Assembly (NCBI RefSeq): GCF_963921235.1
Contig: NC_086097.1
Coordinates: 53,074,001-53,138,000, forward strand
DNA length: 64,000 nucleotides
Direction of reading: 5' to 3'
DNA from: Mobula hypostoma
Taxonomy: Eukaryota
How positions within the stretch are numbered: the first letter of the stretch is position 1; each line of letters opens with the position of its first letter. Under the pieces are notes generated by a model that was not told where the DNA came from, did no database searches, and saw only the letters and a list, made by a program, of their open reading frames with translations. Positions 25,666-38,541 of this stretch are shown here, piece after piece. A program made the position numbers and the translations under genes.

Positions 25666-26145
25666 GTCAGGCAACAATAGCGTTTCATATCTCACAGTTC
25701 CTGCTTTGTTTCATTTACCAGGATTTCCAGAATAATGGAGTAATGCACAAAAAAAGACTAGTTTGTGACTGGTCAGTTGTAATATTATAGCACTCTTATC
25801 AAAAATAAACTAATTGAACAAAAATCAATTTAAAAAAGTATTAGGAGTATAAATAAGACCAATAAATAAAAGTTTTAGAAGTTTAATTTGTTCTCATAAT
25901 TTTTCCCTTATCCTTCAAGGAACCACAGTTATACATTTCTAACAATCATCATCCATAATCCAAATGTACATGTAACACCAACACTGTAGAGATCTGGGGA
26001 ATTCAAATCAGAAATCTTCTGATGTATTTTATTCTCCCATTATTCACTGGCATTCAAAGTGTAGAAATAGTAACACAAGAAATTCTGCAGATGTTGGAAA
26101 CCAAAAGCAACACACAAAATGCTGGAGAAACTCAGCAGATCAAGC

Positions 26146-26985
26146 ATCAAAGATTCAAAAGTTCATTTATTATCCAAGCATGTATCCATATACAACTCTG
26201 AAATCTGTCTTCTCCAGATAGCCACAAAACAAAAATCTGACAGTCATCAGAGAAAAACACCAAAACCACTGCTCCCACAAAAAAGAACGACATCCTGATT
26301 GTCAACCCCCAAAACCCCCTTCCCCCCACACACAAAACAGAACAGGAAAATCAACCCCCCAAAAAACAATCCCTCCCCCACACAAAAAAGCTAACAGAAC
26401 AGCAACCCCAAGCACCATCCCCTCGCACAATAAAACAGAAAAGGAATGGGTGATAAAAAACACAGAACATAAAATCACAAGTCTATAAATGTCCACAGTC
26501 CATAAATGCAATAGCCCAATCCATAAATGCAAAACTGCAATACCATCCTCCGATATCACCGACATCACAGGAGGCAGAGAGGCCTACTTGGCTGCTACAT
26601 GAGCCACATAGTGACAGGCTGCTCACAGACGCATTCTCTGGCAGCAATCAAAAGGAAGGCATTCAGTGCTAAACCTTCACTCGCCTTCTGGATTTGTCTT
26701 GATGTATCAATCTTCCTCAACATTTTAATCAGCAATTAATGAGTGCTTTAACTGGCAAAATGGAGTCAAATATCTAGGTCGTTTGAGTATAAGCTCGTTT
26801 CCCAGAATCTTCTTGGAGAATACAAAGTGCCAGATCACTCAAACAATCTGCAAACTGTAAACTGAAGGCACTAGCAGTCCCAGAAACACGTTTAATGTGA
26901 AAAACAGATGTAAAAGTAAAATTGACAATTTTGTGAGCTATCTGGAAAATGTCAACCAAGGAAGCATTGTATGCTGGTGCCATCT
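26146..26985 (-). mobile_element. Non-autonomous LINE-tailed element splitting a PLE pLTR fragment (26070-26145 and 26986-27040)
   Basis: On - it is T/G-rich and ends AATAAATGAACTTTTGAATCTTT. The flanks rejoin into the pLTR consensus including a hammerhead motif at 27005-27040. Confidence 0.5.
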
Positions 26986-27691
26986 GGACCAAAAATGAAT
27001 AAACAATCGACATTTCTGGCACAGACCCTTCATCAGAACTCGTGCACAAACATTTGAAATCTGCAGCAGTGTAACTATCAGTGATAACATTTACAGAGTT
27101 ATTGTGTGACTCTAGACGGTTATACGAGATGTGCAATTATTTGCAACTCTGATGACTGGCGTTGGTGATGTAAACCATTTCCTGTGATACAAGTGAAAAT
27201 TGTGTCTAATGTGTATAGATCTGATGGCTTCTTATGTCTGCAAAGGTACATAAAAGGTTTTAAGCAAATCACAAATCACATCCAGCTGAACTGATTACAT
27301 TTAATCTACATCCAATGCATTATGGGAAATACCAGATTGCCCAAGTATTGTGGAATTGATATCAAGAGGAAAATAAATACTAATACCATGAGATACACAA
27401 CATTCTCTTTACTTCTAATTTCAGACAACTACAAAGTTCCTGCTTTGTTTCCTGAACCAGGATTTTGAGAATAATGGCGCAACACACAAAAGACTAGAGG
27501 AAGTCAGGGATTAGGCAGCATCTACTAAAAGAAACAGTTTATATTTCAGGTCAAGACCCTTCATCTGGATTTTCAGAACAAAGGTGGCTCCCTTCAGCCA
27601 AGGCCATTATTTTGTTTTTTTTTCTCCCTCCCCCCCCCCACCCCCAACAAATATTCCAGAACTCTGTATGCAGGTTTTGGATCTTTTAGGT

Positions 27692-27920
27692 CAGAGGTCC
27701 CCAACCACAGGGCCGCAAAGCATGTGCTACCAGGCCGCGAGGAAACGATATGTGTCAGCTGCACCTTTCCTCATTCTCCGTCACGCCCACTGTTGAACTT
27801 GAACACATACAAGGTCACTACCCACGCGAGGACATCGGTCAGTCTTTAACCTACAACTACTCGATGAGTGAAAAACAAATGTCGCTTGAGAGTTTCTTTG
27901 GAAGAGATGGCAGGGGACAT
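27692..27920 (+). mobile_element. hAT (Charlie-like) 5' end fragment
   Basis: TIR-like CAGAGGTCCCCAACC and a transposase-start-like peptide MSEKQMSLESFFGR. Confidence 0.5.
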
Positions 27921-28734
27921 GTTTTAGGTAATCCACCATCACCTCTACCTTTTGCAGAGACAGGTTTAACCACTGGGATACTAGGTAGCACGAGAGGAAC
28001 TTATAAAGACATTAGTGAGAAAACGAAAGTCTGTTACCATCACCCCTATAATTAACCTCCACTTGGTAAGCTTTTTGTTACTTGGTCAAGACTAACAATC
28101 CTGCTATTCTACTAAAAAAGTGGTCTGTATTGCGTGAAAGTACTCAGGAAGAACATGAATGCACTCATGGGATTACTGTTTTTATTAGCTACATAGCTGG
28201 TCACTTTTTCCAGGGCATCATTTCAAAGGCAAGGTACAAGCTCCACAGAACTGCTTCCAAACTCTCCGCAAGAGCGCTCAATCTTTCTGAACCATCTATT
28301 ACCACATTTGACATTCATTACCTCCGCTTCACAAATGCAGCTTTCCTTCCCCAACTCCCCTCACTCAACTCCAAGTGCTAGATCTATACCAATCCAAAGC
28401 ATGATTTCCATTGCTATCCCACATTAAATAGTAGCTTGCTTGCATTCTCAAGTAGCTTGATTCACCGAGTGACACAACAAATACTAAGCCTGCCGAACAG
28501 CAAATATATGAGCTTGTGTATAATTAGCACAAGGACCACAATAGTGCACCCACATGTGAATGACTTCCTCTGAGGAATACTTGCTGTCTTTCTCCTGCCG
28601 CAAAGACAGTTACTGGGCGAGTAGAAGGCAAGAAATATGAAGGCAGAAAAGGAAAAAAGGAATTATGCAAATGAAAAATATCATTTTATGAATGTTATAC
28701 AATTTTCAAAAACTCATTCAAGGGATGTGATCAT

Positions 28735-30690
28735 TTAATTGCCTATCACTTGGTACCCTAAACTAGTCCCATTTGTCAGGATCAGACCATATACAGTACC
28801 TCTAAATCAGTGGTTCCGAACCTGGGGCCCTTTGCTCAACGGTAATGGTCAATGGCATAAAAAAAGGTTGGGAACCCCAGCTCTAAAACTTTCCTATTCA
28901 TGTACCTGCCCAAATATCTTCTAGAAGTTGTATTGTAGCCTATTCCATTTTTCACATTTGTGTAGAAAAATTGCCCAAGTTTCTTTCAAATCTTCCACTT
29001 TATATCTATACCCTCTGTTCATGACTCTGCAACCTCAAGACTCAGTGCACTCATCTTATTTATGCCCCTCATGACTTTACGTACCTCAATAAAGGTAGGG
29101 GCCATGGGATAAAAAAGGTTAGGGGACCCCTGCTCTATTCTATCACCTCTCAGTCATCTACGCTTCAAAGAATGAAGTCTTATCCTGTCCAACCCTTCCT
29201 TACAAGTCAGTCCCTCAAGTCCTGGCAGCATCCCTGTAAGTCTTTTCTGCACCATTTCTAGTTCACTAATATCTTTCCTACAGCAAGCGACCAAAACTGA
29301 ACACAGTACTCCAAATGCAGCCTCACCAGTGACCTGCAAAACTAAACAACTATAAAAACTTAGATAAGCTTTCCATTGTGTCTTGGCATATGTGATAATA
29401 CACCACTATCAATTAATTTCAAAACCTCAACTATTATACTCTACACTCACACTGAAGGCCAGCAAGCCAAAAGCCTTCTTTACCACATATCTACCTACGA
29501 CTCCACTTTGATGGTACCTCTAAGGCCCACTTTGAACTCTATTCCACAACACTACCCAGTCCCCTGCCTACATTTATTTTATTTTTCCTGTCCACATTGA
29601 TAGTTACACATTTCCACACCCCCCCCCGTGTTAAGTTCTGCTTGTCAGATTTTTGCCCACTCAATTAACCTCTTTGAAGCCCAAGTTCTCTTCACAAATT
29701 CAAAATTCAAAGTAAATTTATCATCAATGTATGCATATGTCATAAGATATTGGAGGATGAGGCCACTTGGCCCAGAGTCTGCTCTGGCATTTCATCATGG
29801 CTGTTCCATTCCCTGCCTTCTCCCTATAACCCTTCATTGAGAACTATTAACCTCTGCCTTGAATATACTCAATGACTTGGCCTCCACCACCATCTGCAGC
29901 TATGGATCCACAGATTTGCCACCCTCTGGCTAAAGAAATTCCTCATCTCTATTCTAAATACAGATCACTCTATTTTGAGGTTGTGCCCTCTGGTTCTACA
30001 CTCTTCCACAATAGGACACCAAGCTACCCTGAGACTTGCAGACACTCACAGCAGAGCAAAAAAAAACAACAGAATCACTGAAAAACTATACACAAGGACT
30101 GACAAATAGCCATTGCGCAAATACAAAAAGAAAACAAATTATAAACCTAGTCCCTGCTCAATCTAACACTTCCCTCCTAAATAGCCCATAACCCTCCATG
30201 TTTTATACAAGTGCCTTAGTCTCTTAAATGTCCCTACTGTATCATCTTCTACTATTATCCATGGCAGCACATTCTCTATGTAAAAAATCTACTCTAACAT
30301 CTACCCTAAAGTTTCGCCCATTCACCTAAAACACATGTCCTCGAGTATTAGTCACTGCTGCCTTGGGAAAAAGGGCGTTGGCTATGCACTCTAGCTATAC
30401 CCATCACAGTCTTATACACCTCTATCAAGCTGTCTTTTCCTCCTGTGCTTCAAAAAAAAAACCGTAGCTCATTCAAATCTTTTCTTGTAGGCATGTCCTC
30501 TAATTCAGGCAGCATCCTGGTAAAGTTCAACTGCACTCTCTCTAAAGCTTCCACATTCTTCTATAATGAGTTGACCTAAACTGAATTAATATATACTTTT
30601 ATGTGTGGCCTAACCCGAGTTTTATAGAGCTGCAAATTTACCTCATGGTTTTTGAACAATCCCCAACTAAAGAAGGTCAACACACCATAA
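28735..30690 (-). mobile_element. Cluster of decayed CR1 3' fragments with intervening LINE tails
   Basis: RKDISELEMVQKRLTGMLPGLEGL...LHSLKRR and several CR1 3' UTR remnants on -. Confidence 0.6.
28808..28880. mobile_element. hAT MITE (73 bp) in an old CR1
   Basis: TIRs CAGTGGTTCCGAACC / GGTTGGGAACCCCAG and 8-bp TSD CTCTAAAT/CTCTAAAA. Confidence 0.75.
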
Positions 30691-30704
30691 CATTTTTTAA
30701 AGAA

Positions 30705-31005
30705 AGATTAGCTTTGTTTGTCACATGTACACTGAATCAGAGTGAAATGCACTGTTACTGTCAACAACCAAGAGTCCGAGAATCGTGTTGGAGGCAGCCC
30801 ACAAATGCCGCCATGCTCTCAGCGCCAACATAGCATGCTCACAACTCACGAACCCTAACTGTATGTCTCTGGAACATGTGAGGAAACCCACACGGTCATG
30901 GGGCAAATGTACAATCTCCTTACATACAGTGGTATGAATCAAACCCCAATTGGTGATCACCCGCGCTGTAAATGACTGTGCTAACTGCTACATGACTACG
31001 CTGCC
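30705..31005 (-). mobile_element. V-domain-type tRNA SINE
   Basis: Reverse complement contains ggagattgtacatttgccccatgaccgtgtgggtttcctc...ccagagacatacagttaggg and a tRNA-like head. Confidence 0.6.
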
Positions 31006-32596
31006 CTTACCATCCTACTAACTTGTATGGCAACTTTGAGCCATGCGATTTCAAATGTCAAGGACAAAATTGGGTCATACACTTTGTCATCATGTCAATT
31101 TAGACTCATTGCTGGGAATCCTGGAAATAAAATATTGACCCCACATTTGAGTTTGTTAGATTAGAGAGTGTTATTTTTCTCATAGCTAAATTTCACTTTT
31201 GCTTGTTTGTATTTTTATATAATTACCTATGTGTATAATTATTCAGTAAATTTTCCAGTACCTGCAATATAGATGATTCTGTATTTTTCTAGAAGCTTCT
31301 TAGTTTTTTTGTAGCAGGTGTCATGCCAATTGAATCTGGCTATTTCATAAGGTAATTGTTATTATTGGAATAGCTTGTTGTCTTTCTAGTTAGCTAGTTT
31401 TTGTACAAGACAACTATGATTTCTTTGCTCTATTTTCTTTGCTTCATTCTTATTACACATAATAAACAGCCGTAAATGACAAAATGTTTACCTCATTCTT
31501 GATTTCCATACACCCCTTGGGTTAACTAACAGGTTTAACCAGCTCTGACAAACACTACAAAAATGTTGGCTGCCCCCCCCCAACTGTTATTGAAAAGTTA
31601 CAGACAAATATGTTCATTACACGAAGAAAACCCCTTTAGTGTGATTTTAATTCATAAGTGCAGCTATTCTAAAGAAAAGCCTTTGACTAATTCTAAGGAG
31701 CACCACCATTGAAAGCTATTATCAAGTAATAGCATATTTTACACAACTGCCTACAGTAAACATACAATAATATCCTTTTACACGTTAAAAGTAGTCACTG
31801 AGTAGGTTACCTGAGAACATGCATCTCACATTCCATTACCATGGTTCACAGAACACCAGGCAAATTGCATGCTAGAAGTTGGTATACCAAGATAGCCACA
31901 CTCCACTAGTTCGGTTCTGTATTAGCTCTGCCTGGCTGGGAATAGTTGCCGCACCAACTTTGGTGTAACACAGCGTAAACCCTGTCAAGGCTGAGGAATG
32001 CCAGTGAACAGTTACCAGCAAGTAAGGGGCAAAAACACAGTGCCACCCAGCAGTCGAAGCCGAGCTAACATCGGCATCCGGCAGGCCAGGATCACCTGCT
32101 AAACCAAGGGGCATAACAGCACAGCTGGTCATGAGTACCGTGGGGAGGAGGAGGGATGGCAAGGGACATGGTGACACATGGCAGGGCAGTAGCACTAAAC
32201 GGGTCAGGAGTACGGTAACACCCCAGGGCTAGTGAAACGGTGACATTAAGCATGCGAGGAGCACCAGGCAGGCCAGGGACGCGGTGACACACGACCGGCC
32301 CTGAGTAAGCTGGCAAGGGGCACGGTGACAGCCCGGCGTGTTGGTGGCAAGGGGGGAGCCGGGACGGCCTCACTATTTCTGGCTATGGTTTGCAGAGGCC
32401 TGGCTCTAATGGGCGGGACACCACCGGCAGGCCAACTTTGGCGCAACTTTGTATCAGCCCGACTCGAAACGACGGGGAAGCCCCCGGGGCCGCGGCGGCC
32501 CGCAAGACCAACCGGAGAAGGACCAGCAGCGGCTGGCTGCTGAGACCGCACGAAGTACCGGGGCCTCTGTACAGTAGGCAGAGGCCGCGCACTCAC

Positions 32597-32670
32597 CCTC
32601 CCGAGGTTAACCGCTCTTCCGCCGGTTCTCGATGCGGATGAATGGCCCACGGGAGGAGTTTTAACCGTCC
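32597..32670 (-). other. GNPNAT1: Probable non-coding first exon of GNPNAT1 (5' boundary approximate)
   Basis: Consensus donor GAGG|GTGAGT on - (actcac at 32591-32596) inside the only CpG island of the window, upstream of the coding exons. Confidence 0.65.
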
Positions 32671-32675
32671 CTCGC

Positions 32676-32683
32676 TGACGTGG
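32676..32683. promoter_or_regulatory. UPRE / XBP1-CREB3-type site TGACGTGG
   Basis: Exact TGACGTGG in the context GCTGACGTGGCA, about 80 nt upstream of the exon-1 donor. Confidence 0.55.
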
Positions 32684-33619
32684 CAGAAGGCGGGAACGGA
32701 ACGGGCAGCGGCGTGATGACGCAGGTGCAGGGAGCGTGAGTGAGACGGGCCCGGCTCCGGGACAGCTGCGGTGCGGGTGCGACCGGAATTGTACAACTTT
32801 GGCCGGGAGCACTGGTGACATGCACACACTGATGCGGTTGAGCAAGCTGGTTTGTTTAATGTTTGCGTCACGAAACTTGGAGTGCAACTTTGCAAATAAA
32901 TACATAGTGATTAGTAATTCCAGCCATTAAGTATATATCAGGCAGGTTGACATATAGAACAATACAGCGCAGGAGCAGGCCATTCGGCCCACGATATTGC
33001 GCTGAACCAGCTAAAAAAAATTCCAAAACACCGAAACATTAATCCCGCCTACGTACACCATGTCCATAATCCGTCCATCTTCCATGCGCCTATCCAGATG
33101 TATCTTAAAAACCTGTAATGTATTCCCCTCTACCACCATACCAGACATTCAGGGCTCTGAGTTAAAAAAAAACTTACCCCTCATATCCCCCTTGAACCTA
33201 CCCCCTCTCACTTTCAATGCATGCCCTCTGGTATTAGGCATGAAATACAGCAGAAGACTTGATTCCATGCCAGTGGGGAACCGCACCAATGTGAGGATGC
33301 TATTGTTGCACAGCATATGACATTTCAGAACGGCTTCCCCAGGCCTTTTAAATTCCCCGGCTGCTGCTGGAAGAGCGAGTTTTAATACGAAATCACAGTA
33401 ATCTGAAATGAAAATACCTACTAGTGAAAGAGAAGCAGGTGTAATAAGCTTTCATCAGAATCAGGCAAAGTTCAGACGTAAATTTTCTTTTTTTAAATGT
33501 TAAGGCTATGAGATAGGGTAGAAGGTTGAAAAGATTGTATGTCAAAAGGTATGCTGGAGTAATGGTAAAGGGGTGATCAAACAAATTAAAAAACTATGGT
33601 TGTTAGGTTGGAGTGGTGG

Positions 33620-34545
33620 AACCACAGAGTCAAGGACAGGCCCTTCAGCCCATCTAGTCCATGCCAAACAATTAATCTACCTAGTCCCATCGACATACAT
33701 CTGGACCATAGGCCTACATATTGCCCTCCATCCATGTACCTATCCAAATTTCTCTTAAATGTTGAAATTGAACCTGCATCCATCACTTCCGCTGGCAGCT
33801 TGTTCCACGCTCCATCACTCTCTCAGTGAAGAAATTCCCCTTGAATATTTCACCTTTCACACTTAACCCATGACCCCTAGTTCTCCTTTCACCCAATCTC
33901 AGTGGAACAAGCCTGCTTGCATTTATCCTATCTATACCCCTCATTATTTTGTATACCTCTAACAAATCCCCCCTCATTCTTCTATGCTCTAAGGAATAAA
34001 GTCCGAGCCTATTCAACCTTTCTCTATCACTCAGGTCCCCAAGTCCTGGCAACAGTCTTGTTAATTTTCTCTGCACTCTTTCAATCTTATTGACATCTTT
34101 TCTGTAAGTAGTGACCAAAACTACACTCAATACTCCAAATTACACCTGACCATCATCTTACACAACTTCAACATAACATCCTAACTCCTGTATTCAATAC
34201 TAGGATTTATGAAGGCCAATGTGCCAAAAGCTTTCTCTACAATCTGTGATGCTATTTTCAAGGAATTATAGATCCCTATTCCCAGATCCCTCTGTTCTAT
34301 TGCATTTCTTAATGCTCTACTATTCACTTTGTAACACCTGCTGTGGTTTGTCCTGCCAAAGTACAACACCTCGTACTTGTCTGCATTAAATTCCACCTGC
34401 CATTTTTCAGCCTGTTTTTCCAGCTGGTCCAGATCCCACTGCAAGCTCTGGTAGTCTTCCTCACTGTCCACTGCACCCCCAATTTTGGTGTGATCTGCAA
34501 ATTTACTGATCTATTTTCCACGTTATCATCCAGACCATTGATACC
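33620..34545 (-). mobile_element. Decayed CR1 LINE 3' kilobase
   Basis: EKWQVEFNADKYEVLYFG, ERVQRKLTRLLPGL, LGLYSLEHRRMRGDLLEVYKIMRG. Confidence 0.88.
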
Positions 34546-35074
34546 ACTGTATAAAACAGTTGAATTTATTGGCCTGGATTTTGCAGAGTACTGACATTGG
34601 CAGTCACTCTTCCGACTCTCCAATGCCCAATAGAAGCTGTTTCAGATCCACAAGACCAAATTTACTCATGTAGTGTCGACAAACCAGGCTGACAAGGCAT
34701 TGATAGATGCCTAGGAATTCAATAGCTCAAGAAATTGCTGCATACATCTTTATCTTCTTTTTAAAAAACTAAGAAACAATCAAACATTGTTAAAATGGAA
34801 TTAAATAAGACATTCAAAATATTTTAATGTTAGGCTTAAAAATACTTCAAATTACCTAAATAATTACAATAAAAACTTTAAATCAGATTATTTGTTAACC
34901 TCAACAAATTCTTTGATGTATCCCTATTTTTTAGATTGCTAACTCCTTTATAAAAGGTAAGCAACTTATTAACTTCAGTTTGCTGACAAATGTCTCTCAT
35001 AAGTTATTTAGGATTCATTTTATAATGTCCCAGCTTTTTAACCTGAAGCAGGTACAAGGCTTCCCATCCATTTT

Positions 35075-37097
35075 ACAAACAAAAGGAAAACTGCAATGCT
35101 GGAAATCAAAGCAACACACACAAGATGTTGTAGGAACTCAGCAGGCCAGGAAAAGTGTAAACAGTCAATGTTTTGGGCTGACACTCTTCACCAGGACTGG
35201 AAAAAAGAGATGAGCAGTCAGAATAAGGTGGGGGAAGGAGAGGAAGAAGTACAAGATAGTCGGTGATAGGTGAAACCGGGAGATGGTGAGGGTGAAGTAA
35301 AGAGCTGGGAAGTCAATTGATGAAAAAGATATAGGGCTAGAGAACGGGGAATCTGATAGGAGAGGACAGAAGGCCATGGAAGAAAGGGAAGGGGAGGAGC
35401 ACCAGAGGGAGGTGATAGACAGGTAAGGAGATAAGATGAGAGAGGGAAATGGGAATCGGGAATGGTGAAGGAGAAGGAGGGGGGCAATTGCCGGAAGTTT
35501 GAGAAATCGATGTTCATGCCATCAGGTTGGAGGCTACCCAGACAGTATAAGGTGTTGCTCCTCCAATCTGAGTGTGGCCTCATCACGGCACTAGAGGAGG
35601 TCATGGATTGACATGTTGGACTGGGAATAAGAAGTGGGATTGAAATGAGTGGCCAACAGGAGACCCTGCTTTTTCTGGCAAACAGAGCATAGGTGACAGG
35701 TGGACACTTTGCAATTCGCCTACCGGAGCAACAGGTCAATGGCAGATGCCATCTCTCTGGCCCTACATTCCTCCTTAGGACACCTGGAGAATAAAGACGC
35801 ATACGTAAGGCTCCTTTTCATTAACTACAGCTCTGCCTTTAATACCATCATTCCAAATAAACTGATTCCTAAGCTCCAGAACCTGGGCCTTAGCACTCAG
35901 ATCTGCAGCTGGATCTTCAACTTCCTCACAGACAGGACCCAGGCTGTAAAAATGGGGGACAAGCTCTCCTCTACAATCACTCTGAGAACCGGTGCCCCAC
36001 AAGGCTGTGTACTCACTGTACACCCATGATTGTGTAACCAAATTTCCATCAATCTCAATATATAAGTTTGCTGATGACACAACAATTGTAGGCCGTATCT
36101 CGGGTAATAATGAGTTTGAGTACAGAGAGGAAGTTAAGAACCTGGTGGCATGGTACGAAGACAATGACCTATCCCTCAACGTCAGCAAGATGAAGGAATT
36201 GGTTGTTGACTTCAGAAGGAGTAGCGGACCGCACGACCCCATTTACATCGGTGGTGCGCAAGTGGAACAGGTCAAAAGCTTTAAGTTCCTCAGGGTCAAT
36301 ATCACAAATGACCTGACTTGGTCCAATCAAGCAGAGTTCATTGTCAAGAAGGCCCACCAGCGTCTTTACTTACTGAGAAAACTAAAGAAGTTTGGCCTGT
36401 CCCCTAAAACCCTCACTAATTTTTATAGATGCACCGTAGAAAGCATTCTTCTAGGGTGCATCACAACCTGGTATAGAAGTTGTCCTGTCCAAGACCGAAC
36501 GAAGCTGCAGAAGATCGTGAACACGGCGCAGCACATCACGCAAACCAATCTTCCGTCCGTGGACTCACTTTACACCGCACGCTGTCGGAGCAGTGCTGCC
36601 AGGATAATTAAGGACCTGACCCACCCAGCCAGCACACTTTTCGTCCCTCTTCCCTCCGGGAGAAGGCTCAGGAGCTTGAAGACTCGTATGGCCAGATTTG
36701 GGAACAGCCTCTTTCCAACTGTGATAAGACTGCTGAACGGATCCTGACCCTGATCTGGGCCGTACCCTCCAAATATCCAGACCTGCCTCTCAGTTTTTTT
36801 GCACTACCTTACTTCCCATTTTTCTATTTTCTATTTATGATTTATAATTTAAATTTTTAATATTTACTAATTTTAACTAATTTTAATATTTTTAATATTT
36901 AGTATCTGTAATCCAGGAAGTGGGAAGCGCAGAATCAAATATCACTGTGATGATTGTGCATTCTAGTACCAATTGTTTGGCGACAATAAAGTATAAAGTA
37001 TAAAGTAGGTGCTTGGTGAAGCGCTCTCCCAATCTACATCAGGTCTCACTGACATACAGGAGGTCACACCGCGAGCACTGTATATAGTATATTACTC
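35075..37097 (-). mobile_element. Penelope-like element 3' part (GIY-YIG remnant plus pLTR) split by a LINE
   Basis: LGSLQPDGMNIDFSNF terminus on -. The sequence resumes at 37006 in register with the uninterrupted copy near 59920-59990. Confidence 0.8.
35696..37005 (+). mobile_element. 5'-truncated Rex1/Babar-type LINE
   Basis: [50 protein letters not shown] motifs with one frameshift. (TAAAGTA)n tail and 6-bp TSD TAGGTG (35690-35695 and 37006-37011). Confidence 0.88.
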
Positions 37098-38059
37098 CAT
37101 TTCTTTTTCAAATACATTTCTTTCACTAGCACCATTTGCTGAACTAGTTCTGTCAAATCCATTCCTAAAAATTTAAATCTTATATGGAGATCATATTAGC
37201 AGGATCACTGCTCATGACTATATCAACAACACTCTGTAGCACTGATAGCATCTTCAATAAAAATGAGAGCCCAACATACAAGAGAATAATGACAATCAAA
37301 TTTTGCCTCCAAACCTACAAGGAGTCATTGGGACAATTGATCAAAAGCTTAGTGAAGTGGGTTTCCAGGAGCACCTGAGAAGGAGGAAAGAGAGGAACTT
37401 AAAATGCAATACTAGAATTTATGTATGTATATAAGGCATGGCACCTGCAGCATAACAAATATATTTTAATATATCTATGGGGCCAGAGTTGGAGGACACT
37501 GGTCAATTAAAAAAAAAGCCATACATATAAGAGCAAAATAAGGCCATTCAGCCCAATAAGTCTGCTCCACCATTAAATCATGGCTATATGTATTTCTGAA
37601 CCACTTTCTCCTGCCATCCCCTTGTAACCTTTAACCCCTTTACCCAATGACTTGGCCTCCACAACTCTCCATGGTATCAAATTCCACAGATCCCTCATCT
37701 CAGTTCGAAAGGAATGACCCTTTATTCTGAAGCTGTGCCCTTCGCTCAGAGTTTCTACTAAAAGGAACATCTCCTTTATACCCACTCTCAACCTATTGTC
37801 AGTCAGCCAATCCTTTATCACCCCCTAACACGATAGGCTCTTTTCTTGTTTAGCGGCCTTGTGTGGGATACCTGGTCTGATAATCTAAATAAATATCGTC
37901 CACTAATTTCCCTTTGTCTAATCTACTGTTGCCTCCTCAATTCACGGGGTTATTGGTGTGACAGACATTACAGGTAGTAAGAGTATAAAACGTAGAAAGG
38001 CACAATTCCCATCCTTATCATATTAGGACACACAAAAGTAAACAGAGGCCGGTTAATCA

Positions 38060-38541
38060 GAAACAAGAGAAAATCTGCAGATGCTGGAAATCGAAGGAAC
38101 ACACACAAAATGCTCCTGGAACTCAGCAGGTCAGGCAGCATCTATGGAAAAGAGTAAACAGTCAATGTTTCAGGCTGAGATCCTTCATCAGAACTGGAAG
38201 ATCGATTTCTCGAACCTGTCGCCCCAACCCCCCTTCACCATTCCCCATTCCCATTTCCCTCTCTCACCTTATCTTCTTACCTATCCATCTCCTCCTTCTT
38301 TCCTTTCTTCCATGGCCTCCTGTCCTCTCCCATCAGATTCCTCCTTTTCCAGCTCATCTCTTCGACCAGTCGAATTCCCGGCTCTTTACTTCACCCCTCC
38401 CCTATCCTAGTTTCACTTATCACCTACTACCTTGTATTTCTTCCTTCCCTCCCCCCACCTTTTTACTCTGACTTCTCATCTTTTTTCTCCAACCTGATAA
38501 AGTGTCTCGACCCAAAACATCGACTGTACTCTTTTCCACAG
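38060..38541. mobile_element. Short non-coding PLE derivative made of two inverted pLTR pieces
   Basis: A - pLTR end with hammerhead core (38160-38195) is joined to a + pLTR ending in a degenerate hammerhead (about 38491-38526). Confidence 0.7.

Larger units (their letters stand above)
32040..32880. promoter_or_regulatory. CpG-island promoter of GNPNAT1
   Basis: Abrupt GC- and CpG-rich, non-repetitive segment in otherwise CpG-depleted DNA. It has GGCGGG boxes, ETS-like CCGGAA (32783-32788) and CRE-like TGACGCA sites (32717-32723, and 32864-32870 on -). Confidence 0.8.

Noticed and set aside
31872..32930. Overlapping 60-219 aa ORFs as protein genes
   Set aside because: Pro/Arg/Ala-rich ORFs on both strands are expected in a GC-rich CpG island, and no domain is recognisable.
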